A DNA stretch of 64,000 nucleotides. Origin: a bacterium (GTDB lineage Bacteria; Hinthialibacterota; Hinthialibacteria; Hinthialibacterales; Hinthialibacteraceae). A program made the translations under genes and the position numbers. Position 1 is the first letter of the stretch; every line of letters begins with the position of its first letter. The notes below the pieces were generated by a model that ran no database searches, was not told the DNA's origin, and was given only the letters and a program-made list of their open reading frames with translations. Below are positions 22,110 to 31,231 of this stretch, piece after piece. The DNA is taken from the NCBI GenBank assembly GCA_963663405.2, contig CAXXSM010000022.1, positions 1 through 64,000 of the forward strand. The letters run 5' to 3'.

Positions 22110-23023
22110 ATCAAGAGTCAACATCCATTGAGCGCCACCCCATGATCTCCGCGGTATTCGTCAATTGGAATCGGCGGGAGCTCCTCCAGAAAGCAATACA
22201 ATCGATCTATCACCAAAATTATAAAAATATAGAGATCATTGTCGTCGATAATGGCTCAACCGATGATTCCATTCAATGGCTGGGTCAACAGAAAGAGATC
22301 CAGTTAATCGAAAACGAGAAAAACCGGGGAGCGAGCGCGGCCCGCAACCAGGGCACACGAATCGCAAAAGGGGATTATATCCTATATATGGATTCGGACG
22401 CCGAATTACGAACGCCGGGGGCGCTCCAGCGGCTTACAAATTATATGGAAACTCATCCAGACACCGCCGGCGTATCCGGTATCTATTATTCTGATGAAGA
22501 ACTGCGTGAATTGTGGTGCTGGTCTCCCTGTATGGATTGGGAAGGCAATCACGATTTACCCGCGTCCTTAACGCCGAAAACCGATCCACCGGTCTTATCC
22601 ACCTGTTTCGTCTTATTTCGGACAGCGGCGCTTGAAAAAACAGGAGGATTTGATGAATTCTATTTCTATCTATATGAAGACGCGGATTTGTGCGAACGGC
22701 TCCGTAAAGAAGGATACCGTTTACATGTCGATCCATCGGTGAAAGTGTATCATCGATATGCGGATCCGGGCCGAACAAAGCGGGATGAGATCGGCTATCA
22801 CTATTACCATGAACGATTGCGGATGTATTTCGTTTTAAAAAACTGGGGATTACGACGATTTATCCGTTCTTGGTGGGAAAAAGTCCGGGCTCCCCTGTTT
22901 TTTTTCAAGCAGTTTCCATATCTACCCCTGTATTGTTACATCGATATATATTATATTCGAACGGTGAGAATGTTATTGTGTTATCCATTGATCCGGAGAA
23001 GACGAAAGAAAAAAACGATTTGA
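22106..23023 (+). CDS. Glycosyltransferase family 2
   Basis: IIVVDNGSTDDS, ARNQG, DSD, GGFDE.F.LYEDADL; ATGA overlap with the upstream gene. Confidence 0.9.
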   Translation: MNQESTSIERHPMISAVFVNWNRRELLQKAIQSIYHQNYKNIEIIVVDNGSTDDSIQWLGQQKEIQLIENEKNRGASAARNQGTRIAKGDYILYMDSDAELRTPGALQRLTNYMETHPDTAGVSGIYYSDEELRELWCWSPCMDWEGNHDLPASLTPKTDPPVLSTCFVLFRTAALEKTGGFDEFYFYLYEDADLCERLRKEGYRLHVDPSVKVYHRYADPGRTKRDEIGYHYYHERLRMYFVLKNWGLRRFIRSWWEKVRAPLFFFKQFPYLPLYCYIDIYYIRTVRMLLCYPLIRRRRKKKTI

Positions 23024-23081
23024 GCCGCGCAAAATTCATTCTGCGCACTCTATTTTGTAGTATAATTTAGTACAAAATAAC

Positions 23082-23110
23082 TTGACATCACCCTAAGCCT
23101 ATCGTATAGT
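23082..23110 (+). promoter_or_regulatory. Near-consensus sigma70 promoter TTGACA-N17-TATAGT
   Basis: Direct sequence match about 190 nt upstream of 23304. Confidence 0.7.
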
Positions 23111-23303
23111 TAAGGTTGGTAATGCTGTAATTGTGCTATTTATTGGTAAAAAACTAGGATTTCGAATGGATAGAAAACAGGAAATACAGGTTGAACTCGT
23201 TGTAAAGAGAAAGGAGGCATGTCCCCAAATAAACGATTTGCTCCTCTAGAAAATGGTGAAGAATCACCAAAAAATCTATCCCTTAGAAAGGGGGAAAAAT
23301 CGT

Positions 23304-24854
23304 ATGAGAAAGGTGCCGATTCTTACAGTAATTGGTATGCTGGCGTTGTTTGCTACAAGCGCTAGCGCGGGAACGTGCACAGCACAGGATGGTCCGGATG
23401 TCGTTTTGGCTCCGGGTGAAGCAGGTGATGCCGCGGCTATCGACCTGTCTGATTTCTTGTGTGGCGATGCCACTCCATCAGGCGCCATCAATGCCTCTGG
23501 CGTCCCAACGGGCGGCGCCGCAGCTGGCGTGAGCGACTATTCTGCCACAGATGGCAGCGCCACAGTGAGTGGTGTTGTTCAGATTTCCGATTTCGTAATC
23601 GGAAACGCCCCGGATCCGGCCAACGGAATGGTTGGCGCTTCGGGCAACCCATTCATTAATGGTGTTGTTCCTGGTGGATCCATTTCTTCTGTGGTTGCGC
23701 TGACTGGTCTGCCTTCCGGTGGCGCTGCCGGTACTGATGGCGCTGGAACTGGTGCGGCTGCTCTATTGACCTCCGTCGCCCAAGTCACGCTTCAGGACTG
23801 TGATGGCTGTGGTGACTGCTGCGTCATGCGCGCTCGCAGCGCCGATCTGGTTGATGGCTCCGGTCTGACCCCAGTATTGAACGCGGATGGAACCTATTCC
23901 GTCGCGGCTTCGGCTGATTTCACAGGCGCGTACGTCGTCACACTGGGCGCGAGCTCTGGCGCCAGTGAAGATGCGGTTCATCTCGTCGCGGCTCAAGCCG
24001 TTAACATGGATCTCGCCAATGTAACCACCGTTCCTGCTGGTGGTGATGCGGCAGCCGTTGCTAATGGCGTTGTGACCGCTGGCGCTGGCCAGGGTATTCT
24101 GGTCGTCTCCAACGCTCCTGTGGCTGTTGGCGGACTCTGCACAGTTAGCTTGAACTACAACACCGATTCCACAGCCGTGAACATCGCCGTTATCGGTTTT
24201 GATGGTGGCTTGGATGGAAGCGTCGTTAATTACAGCAACCCGACAGCTGGAAACATCGAAGCGGGCGTGACCAAGACTCTCTCCGTCTCCTTCGCCTCCC
24301 AATCCGGTTCTGTTCTTCCGGCCTTCCAGGTGTACAATGGTGGGACAGCCGCCGCGACCGTCACGATTTCCAACGTACAAGTCCTCATGGCTGGTCCAGT
24401 AACCGATTACGCCTTAGATCCGAACGCGAGTGTGGATCTTAGCGCAGTTGCTTGGACTCCCGATCCACTCGGACAGGGCGCTGTCGCTCCTGTAGTGGAT
24501 GGCTGCAATGTCGCGTTGAATGGTGAAGGCGGACTTTCCAACGCTGCTCTCATTCTTCCGGTCGCCGCTGGTTGCTATGCGCTCGAATGTACAGTCGAGA
24601 AAACTGGCTCCGCCGATGGCACAGTCGTCCTTACGCTTGTTGACGCTGGTGGTTCCGCTTCCGCCGCTTCATTCGTAAACACCGCAAGTTTGAGTGGCGC
24701 TGCGAAAGTTACATGCTCCGTCGACCTGAGTGTTGATTTGGCGCAAGCCTTTATCGTCATTCAGTCCGCGGGCGCCAACGTCACTGTCAGCAATCTTTGC
24801 CTCCGCGAATATGCTGACGCTGCCGCTTGGGCTGACTTGGATCTGCTTCCGTAA
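23304..24854 (+). CDS. Secreted Ala/Gly/Val-rich acidic protein, candidate S-layer/major surface protein
   Basis: Signal peptide MRKVPIL…ASA; very few Lys/Arg; codon usage rich in GCT/GGT/AAC/TCC; own promoter and terminator. Confidence 0.6.
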   Translation: MRKVPILTVIGMLALFATSASAGTCTAQDGPDVVLAPGEAGDAAAIDLSDFLCGDATPSGAINASGVPTGGAAAGVSDYSATDGSATVSGVVQISDFVIGNAPDPANGMVGASGNPFINGVVPGGSISSVVALTGLPSGGAAGTDGAGTGAAALLTSVAQVTLQDCDGCGDCCVMRARSADLVDGSGLTPVLNADGTYSVAASADFTGAYVVTLGASSGASEDAVHLVAAQAVNMDLANVTTVPAGGDAAAVANGVVTAGAGQGILVVSNAPVAVGGLCTVSLNYNTDSTAVNIAVIGFDGGLDGSVVNYSNPTAGNIEAGVTKTLSVSFASQSGSVLPAFQVYNGGTAAATVTISNVQVLMAGPVTDYALDPNASVDLSAVAWTPDPLGQGAVAPVVDGCNVALNGEGGLSNAALILPVAAGCYALECTVEKTGSADGTVVLTLVDAGGSASAASFVNTASLSGAAKVTCSVDLSVDLAQAFIVIQSAGANVTVSNLCLREYADAAAWADLDLLP

Positions 24855-24890
24855 TCGCAGATTTCCATATCTTACGTATTGATTCTTATG

Positions 24891-24922
24891 AAGGGCGGGA
24901 TCTTTGGATCCTGCCCTTTTTT
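24891..24922 (+). terminator. Rho-independent terminator
   Basis: AAGGGCGGGATC-TTTG-GATCCTGCCCTT + T run. Confidence 0.85.
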
Positions 24923-25022
24923 AGTGTGGGACTCCCCCCGGCGTTTGCTTTTTTTTATCCCTTCTTGTATCGTACCCTAAAGCTGGATTTACCCGGTATG
25001 AAAACGATATTAGGAGAAACAG

Positions 25023-28000
25023 ATGTTGTTTATTTTCAGAATTCTTTGTCTAATCGTGTTTCTGACCGCACTGAATTTTGTTGATGGAAACGCGGAAAGC
25101 GTTTTGATGGATTTGAATCACGCTAACGATTGGCGTTCATTGCATCATACGGATTCCTTTCAAGATACTGAAAATGGTTTTTCATTCAACAGTCTCGGTC
25201 ACGATCCATACATTCTCTCTAAGCCACTTCAATTCTCCACCACGCAATACACCGGATTCGAGATTGAAATGCGCGTCACCGCTGGTTCAAAAGGCCAAAT
25301 ATTTTGGACAACAGATCAAAATCCAAATACATCTGAACCACAGAGTGTCCGTTTTGATCTCATCGCGGATGGGCGATTTCATACATACCGGCTCACCTGT
25401 ATGAACCACGAATTTTGGAAGGGAGAGATACAGCATATCCGGCTCGATCCCACAGATTCCGAAGCGCTTGTAGAAATCAGAGGTTTCCGCATCATCGACC
25501 GGCTGGGGCCGGATATCCGGCCGATCCGCTTCTCTCCCAAAAAACCTTTTGCTCAACCGGGGGAGGAGATTCCCGTTTCGATTCGATTTGCGAACGTGGG
25601 GGACCTGCAGGCGGAGATGGAACTGCGTCTGGTTATACCATTTGATTCGATCGTCAACGATCCCCATTCACTCAACAAAACAATCTTCATCCCACCTGGT
25701 GGAGAGGGAGAAGCCGTTTGGGTATTGAAATCGGAAGAAGAAGGCGCCTATCCGGCCGTTTGTAAGTGGGAGACATGCAATGCGCGGCCGCATACGGCCA
25801 AGATCGGATCCCGTTCCACTCTTGCGCAGTTTATCAACTCAGAAAATCAAGAGAATCGAATTGTTCTGAAAATCTTCCAAGGACGAGTGACATTTCTGCA
25901 AACGTCTATGGGATACGGCCCAGTCCGGATGGAAGCGCGCAAGGGTGAAAAATACCATGACGCGGCGTGGATGGCGCGATTGGGGACAGTACGAATTCAG
26001 CTCAACAATGGAGAGATGGAAACCTGGCCGGTGTTTTCAAAATCGTATGAAAAACGCGGAGATGGTTCAGTTCTCTTCGATCAAACATGGAAAGACCGCG
26101 ATGGCCGCCAATGGACTTTCGAACTCACCGCCTCGCCTGGCGTTATAACAGACACGCTAGGATTGACATACCGCCTTACGGGAGAGGGAGGAAAACTCCT
26201 GCATTTTTCCGGACCGGAATTATACGTTGGTGAATCCAGTTTCGGCCGCCGGAAAGATCTTGCGGTGTTTCCCGGCATTGAATACATCGATCGAGAAGCG
26301 GTTTCGTCCAGTGACGCGGTCGCGCATCCCCCAGTCCGGGATCATTATATGCCGCATCCCTACAAAGTGACCGTGCCTTATATGGCGTTGACACAGGATG
26401 AAATCTTAGTCGCCTTACTCTGGCCGCCCCTCGCTTCCTGGGCCCGCGGAGAATGCGCATTATCACCCAAATTCGCCGTTCCAAACCGGATTGACGGGCA
26501 GGAAAATCATCTGATGGGGCTCTTTGTTCCTCCGGTTCCTCACTATACCCATGAGAATGAAGAGACCGCGTATGAACCGTATATTCTGCAACCGGGTGAA
26601 ACCGTGGAAATCAAGTGCGCCGTCTATCTTGCGCAAAGTTCTGATCCAAACGACGCTTTGAACAAATGGCTGTTACTATACTCACGGGATAAGGTTCCCG
26701 ATCCGGAACCCAGCCCACGCAGTTATGAAGAATCCATCGCGCTGAGCCGGCAAGCGTACCTCTCTTCATGCTGGGATGAAAACGTAAAAGGCTGGGGGCA
26801 CTGTGTGGGGTGGGACGCGCATCCATCGGGAGGTATGTTGGCTCTGCTCTCCATCGATGAATTTCTCTGCAATAATGAGGAAGCCAAAAAAATCCTTCAA
26901 GAGCGGATTCATTTGGTCAAAGAAACAATATTAAAAACAGAAGGCCCCGCAGGATTGGGAAATCCATCCGGATGTCATGTCATGACCTTTGAACCTGCGT
27001 TCTATTGGGGAGTAAGTGAGTACAAACTACCGCATTGGCGCCGTCAAGCCCAGAATTATGTCCAAAGCCAGAATCCAGATGGAAGTTGGGGATTTCATCC
27101 ATCAAGAGAGATTCAAAAACCGCTTGGAAAAGAAGGGGAAGTGGTCTCGGGAACGATTTCCCCCTATGCGATGTTTCTCATGCGTTTTGCGCGAATTACC
27201 GGCGATCCAACTGCGACGGAAGGTGGATTGAAAGCGCTGGAAGCCTTAAACGCGCGCACGGTTCCACGCGGCGCGCAAGGATGGGAATGTCCCCTCGCGG
27301 CGGCGGATATACTCGTATCAGGACACGGCGCCCGCGCCAATCTGGACGCGTACCGGATCACCGGTGATTATCAATATTTAGAGAAAGCGGTCTATTGGGC
27401 GCGGTCTGGAATCGTCTTTCATTATTTATGGAATCTGGAAGACCGCCCTTTGCAAAAGTACGCCACGATCCCGATCTTTGGCACGACATTCTTCTCCCAT
27501 TCTTGGAGAGGCGTTCCCGTGCAATGGTGTGGATTGGTGTACGCCTACGCCCTGCAGGAACTGGCGCCATACGACGATAGCCAGCCCTGGGAGACAAGCG
27601 CGCGGGCGATCGTCCGTAACGGCCGAACCTCCGAAAATTTGAAGCGGAATCAAAAAAAGTGGGAGACCATCGCGCGGGGGATCGTCAATAGCGCTCTTTG
27701 GCAGCAACTCACCGAAGGAGAACTGATTGGAACGCTCCCGGATAGTTATGGTGATTACTGTCTCACCGCGCGGGGAGCGTTTATCAATCCAGAAAACATC
27801 ATGACAAACCTTCACGCGCTGGAAGGAAACAGTTTAAATATACGCACAGCTTTTGTTGAATCACCCGGGATACAATCTCTCCGTGTCAGCGCCAACGCGG
27901 ATATACAAATCACTGGCGCCAGCGATCCGCTTCAATTCAACCTGACTTCGAAGAAAGGACGGCTCACCGAAGCGTTGATCGCTCCACTGCGAAAAAAACC

Positions 28001-28154
28001 GGGAAGCGTTTCGGTCACTGACGGTCCCGGTCTGAATGAGATGGAGACACTCTATAGTCAATCGTTCGGTTGGCGATATTTAGAAGAGTATCAAACACTT
28101 TTAATTCATGCCGTTCATGATAAGAAACAAATTGGAATTACTATTCAGGAATAA
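25023..28154 (+). CDS. Large secreted protein: CBM-like N-terminus, Ig-like domain, C-terminal alpha/alpha-toroid (putative glycoside hydrolase)
   Basis: Signal peptide; DPY…W.G.I..IRLDP; QNPDGSW; AYRITGD..YLE.A.YW. Confidence 0.6.
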   Translation: MLFIFRILCLIVFLTALNFVDGNAESVLMDLNHANDWRSLHHTDSFQDTENGFSFNSLGHDPYILSKPLQFSTTQYTGFEIEMRVTAGSKGQIFWTTDQNPNTSEPQSVRFDLIADGRFHTYRLTCMNHEFWKGEIQHIRLDPTDSEALVEIRGFRIIDRLGPDIRPIRFSPKKPFAQPGEEIPVSIRFANVGDLQAEMELRLVIPFDSIVNDPHSLNKTIFIPPGGEGEAVWVLKSEEEGAYPAVCKWETCNARPHTAKIGSRSTLAQFINSENQENRIVLKIFQGRVTFLQTSMGYGPVRMEARKGEKYHDAAWMARLGTVRIQLNNGEMETWPVFSKSYEKRGDGSVLFDQTWKDRDGRQWTFELTASPGVITDTLGLTYRLTGEGGKLLHFSGPELYVGESSFGRRKDLAVFPGIEYIDREAVSSSDAVAHPPVRDHYMPHPYKVTVPYMALTQDEILVALLWPPLASWARGECALSPKFAVPNRIDGQENHLMGLFVPPVPHYTHENEETAYEPYILQPGETVEIKCAVYLAQSSDPNDALNKWLLLYSRDKVPDPEPSPRSYEESIALSRQAYLSSCWDENVKGWGHCVGWDAHPSGGMLALLSIDEFLCNNEEAKKILQERIHLVKETILKTEGPAGLGNPSGCHVMTFEPAFYWGVSEYKLPHWRRQAQNYVQSQNPDGSWGFHPSREIQKPLGKEGEVVSGTISPYAMFLMRFARITGDPTATEGGLKALEALNARTVPRGAQGWECPLAAADILVSGHGARANLDAYRITGDYQYLEKAVYWARSGIVFHYLWNLEDRPLQKYATIPIFGTTFFSHSWRGVPVQWCGLVYAYALQELAPYDDSQPWETSARAIVRNGRTSENLKRNQKKWETIARGIVNSALWQQLTEGELIGTLPDSYGDYCLTARGAFINPENIMTNLHALEGNSLNIRTAFVESPGIQSLRVSANADIQITGASDPLQFNLTSKKGRLTEALIAPLRKKPGSVSVTDGPGLNEMETLYSQSFGWRYLEEYQTLLIHAVHDKKQIGITIQE

Positions 28155-28166
28155 AGGGGCAGAGCC

Positions 28167-29291
28167 ATGCCGGAATTCGAAGGTCCGATAACGATTGAAG
28201 AAAAAGATCACAAGGAATTGATTGATCTTTTGAACGCCGTGTTTCGTCCGGACGGAGGATGTATGCTGGCGGATTACCCCCGTCATCTTGGATTGAATAA
28301 CCAAGAGAACATCCGTGTCATTAAAATGGATGGCCGGATCATGGCGCATGTGGCGACGAGTATCCGCTCAGTCGCGCTAGGTGGGATTCACACGGAAGTG
28401 GCGGGGATTGGCGCCGTGGCGACACATCCTGACGCGCGGGGTATGCAGCTTGCGTCAAAATTGATGCAGGATGCGGTCACCCGAAGCGCCGACCAAGGCG
28501 CGGACATCATGTTGATTTCAGGAGACCTGGGCATTTACCGCCGCATGAACGCAACGGATTGTGGCCGGTATCCCGTTGTCCGTGTTCAAAAAAGCGATTT
28601 AGCGCCAGATGGAAAAAGTCTGAAGTTGGAAAAAGCAGGAAAAAAAGATATCAGTTCCATCGTCGCTCTGCGCGAATCCTTGGCGATCCGCTATCAACTG
28701 CCACGGGAAGACTTGGAAGCGCTTCTCGAATGTGGCAAAGCGATGGACGTTCCATCGGATTGGTGGATGGTTATTGATGAAGGTGAAACAGTTGGATTCG
28801 GCGTGATTCACCAAAAGGGATCCGAACTGACGCTGATTGATTGGGCCGGTCACGTGAACGCGCTGGAAGGCGCGGTGATTGGATGGATGAATGAATATGG
28901 GGTGGAGACGCTTCATTACACCTGCGCGGACCGGTCTATGCTCCCCCTTTCCTGGCGTCCCTATATCCAGAAAGAACGAGGTTTTGATGGCACTGTCCTG
29001 GTGATCCACGCGCGAAGATTTTTAAGACGCGCGAAAGGTTTTTTAACGGAGCGGATCGGAGAGAATTTTTTAGAATATTTACGAATCGGCGCTTCCGGTC
29101 AACAGGCAAAGTTTGCGATGGGTTCGGATGAGGTCGAATTCTCCAATGGGGGTGAACTCGCGGATTTCTTCTTCGGCGCTGTTGGAAAAGACATCCTTGC
29201 GGAAAAAATCTCTAAAGACACCGAACTCTATAAAGTGCTTTCCTGCGCGTTCCCCGTTCCATTGGTTTGGTATGGGATTGGGTATGTGTAG
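28167..29291 (+). CDS. GNAT family (Eis-like) acetyltransferase
   Basis: GIGAVATHPDARGMQLASKLM acetyl-CoA-binding motif. Confidence 0.8.
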   Translation: MPEFEGPITIEEKDHKELIDLLNAVFRPDGGCMLADYPRHLGLNNQENIRVIKMDGRIMAHVATSIRSVALGGIHTEVAGIGAVATHPDARGMQLASKLMQDAVTRSADQGADIMLISGDLGIYRRMNATDCGRYPVVRVQKSDLAPDGKSLKLEKAGKKDISSIVALRESLAIRYQLPREDLEALLECGKAMDVPSDWWMVIDEGETVGFGVIHQKGSELTLIDWAGHVNALEGAVIGWMNEYGVETLHYTCADRSMLPLSWRPYIQKERGFDGTVLVIHARRFLRRAKGFLTERIGENFLEYLRIGASGQQAKFAMGSDEVEFSNGGELADFFFGAVGKDILAEKISKDTELYKVLSCAFPVPLVWYGIGYV

Positions 29292-29456
29292 AAGAACGAA
29301 CAGAACAATCCGATTAAAAATCGATATCCCACCAACTTTATCCAAGAATCTATAAAAAATCGAGACGGATGTCCTTCTCATTCGTTCTACTCAGACTACA
29401 ATAATACGCCGCCGTTTTGCGCGTTCGAACCTCAATCCATCCCGAAAGGATTTCCT

Positions 29457-30776
29457 ATGATGAAAACAATACTCTCCCGCCTTCATTCAGTGTACTGGCT
29501 CATCGCGGTCCTCGCGGTTGTATTCCCTTTGGTTTCATCCGCCGAAGTCAATGTAACGGTCACTCCGGATCACACTGACTGGCAATACGCGATCGCCGAA
29601 CCGATTATCTTCACAATTTCCGCTCAGAAAGACGGTGAACCAGTCATGGACGCTGACGTGTCGTGGGAGATCGGCCCAGAGAAAATGGAGCCCTTTGCGA
29701 AAGGCTCATCCTCCCTAAAAGAAGGCAAACTCACGCTCCACTCACCTGGCATGAACCGCCCTGGATTCCTGCGCTGTACAGCCCGGTTGTCTCTCGACGG
29801 ACAGGTTTACTCCGGTCTTGCCACAGGCGGTTATGAACCTTTGCGTATTGAACCCACAACCCCCATGCCCGATGATTTCCAAACATACTGGTCTGGGGAA
29901 ATCGCGCGGTTGAAAGAGGTTCCTCTAGATCCAATTCTCGAGCCGGTGGAAGATATTTCATCCGATCAATACGAGGCGTTTCATGTCAGTTTCACTTGCG
30001 GTCCAGAAGCATGGAGAGGCGCCCCCCGCATTTACGGGATGCTTTCCGTCCCGAAAGGTGAAGGCCCGTTTCCCGCGTTGCTGCAGGTTCCTGGCGCGGG
30101 CGTCCGCCCTTATCGTCCAAGTTCGTTTTGGCCGGAACAAGGCGTGATTCATCTCACAATCGGTATCCATGGGATCCCGGTAAATTTGCCGGACCAGCTG
30201 TATACGGATCTAGGAACCGGCGCGCTGAGTAATTATTACAAAGCCAACTTGGACAATCGTGATCGGTACTATTATCACCGCGTCTTTCTCGGCTGCGTCC
30301 GTGCGGTGGACTTTCTTTTTACCCTCAAACAATTCGATGGGGAAACATTAGGGATTCATGGTGGCAGCCAAGGAGGGGCGCTTTCAATCATCACAGCGGG
30401 ATTGGATAAACGGATCAAATTCCTGGTCTCGACATTCCCAGCGATGTGCGATCATTACGGATATCTCCACGACCGCGCGGGTGGATGGCCGCATCTGTTC
30501 CAGAACTTGAACCTCGATTACTGCACACCGGACAAAATCGAAACGGCGGCGTATTACGATGTTGTCAACTTCGCACGGATTCTTGAAGTTCCCGTTCTGA
30601 TGGGATTAGGATACAATGACCAAACCTGCCCACCCACATCCATGTTCTCCGCATACAACGCGATCCCCAGCCCAAAGAAGATTCAGATCATCCCCCGAAT
30701 GGGTCATGGAACGCTGCCTGAGCATAGTGAACACGCCAACGCCTGGTTGTTGGAACATTTGAAGCCGTCGAATTGA
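29457..30776 (+). CDS. Acetyl xylan esterase / cephalosporin-C deacetylase (CE7) family
   Basis: PDDFQTYW, GGSQGG nucleophile motif, YYDVVNFA, D.TCPP, GH. Confidence 0.88.
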   Translation: MMKTILSRLHSVYWLIAVLAVVFPLVSSAEVNVTVTPDHTDWQYAIAEPIIFTISAQKDGEPVMDADVSWEIGPEKMEPFAKGSSSLKEGKLTLHSPGMNRPGFLRCTARLSLDGQVYSGLATGGYEPLRIEPTTPMPDDFQTYWSGEIARLKEVPLDPILEPVEDISSDQYEAFHVSFTCGPEAWRGAPRIYGMLSVPKGEGPFPALLQVPGAGVRPYRPSSFWPEQGVIHLTIGIHGIPVNLPDQLYTDLGTGALSNYYKANLDNRDRYYYHRVFLGCVRAVDFLFTLKQFDGETLGIHGGSQGGALSIITAGLDKRIKFLVSTFPAMCDHYGYLHDRAGGWPHLFQNLNLDYCTPDKIETAAYYDVVNFARILEVPVLMGLGYNDQTCPPTSMFSAYNAIPSPKKIQIIPRMGHGTLPEHSEHANAWLLEHLKPSN

Positions 30777-30859
30777 CGAAAGTGATTTAATCCTTGACAA
30801 GCGAAGTGATTTTAAGTTATTTTTATTTAGATAGCGCGTTATAAGTGTAAGATTCCTTT

Positions 30860-30958
30860 CCCAAACTGGAGGGGATTAGGAGTCAGCGCTTACGTCGGAG
30901 CATTAAGAGGTGTGATTCACTAAAACGCAACCCCCACTAACTCCCCCCAGACTTGGGG
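30860..30958. repeat. Long imperfect inverted repeat upstream of tRNA-Sec
   Basis: CCCAAACTGGAGGGGATTAG … CTAACTCCCCCAGACTTGGG arms. Confidence 0.5.
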
Positions 30959-30978
30959 GGAGGATTATATCTTCAATC

Positions 30979-31074
30979 GGAGGTGACGGGGGCCCGGTGG
31001 CTCCTGCGGTCTTCAAAACCGTTATGTCGCGTTGTCGCGTGATGGGTGGGTTCGACTCCCATTCACCTCCGCCA
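30979..31074 (+). tRNA. selC: tRNA-Sec (anticodon UCA)
   Basis: 8-bp acceptor GGAGGTGA/TCACCTCC, G discriminator + CCA, long D stem, anticodon loop CT-TCA-AA (TCA at 31013-31015), long variable arm, T arm GTGGG-TTCGACT-CCCAT; 96 nt; close to selA/selD. Confidence 0.96.
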
Positions 31075-31231
31075 TTCCCTTTCCTTCATAGCATTATTCA
31101 ATGCAAAAAAAATTGATTACATAGAATTTGTCTTTCATGGGCGTGACGCCCGCGCTCCATTCTGAAATAAACTTATACGGCTTTCGTATCGTTTAATCAA
31201 TGAATTCAATATCTCTTTTTCCGGTATATTC

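Noticed and set aside
30979-31230. tRNA-Sec as the integration site of a mobile island
   Set aside because: I saw no integrase, transposase or duplicated tRNA 3' end in the window.
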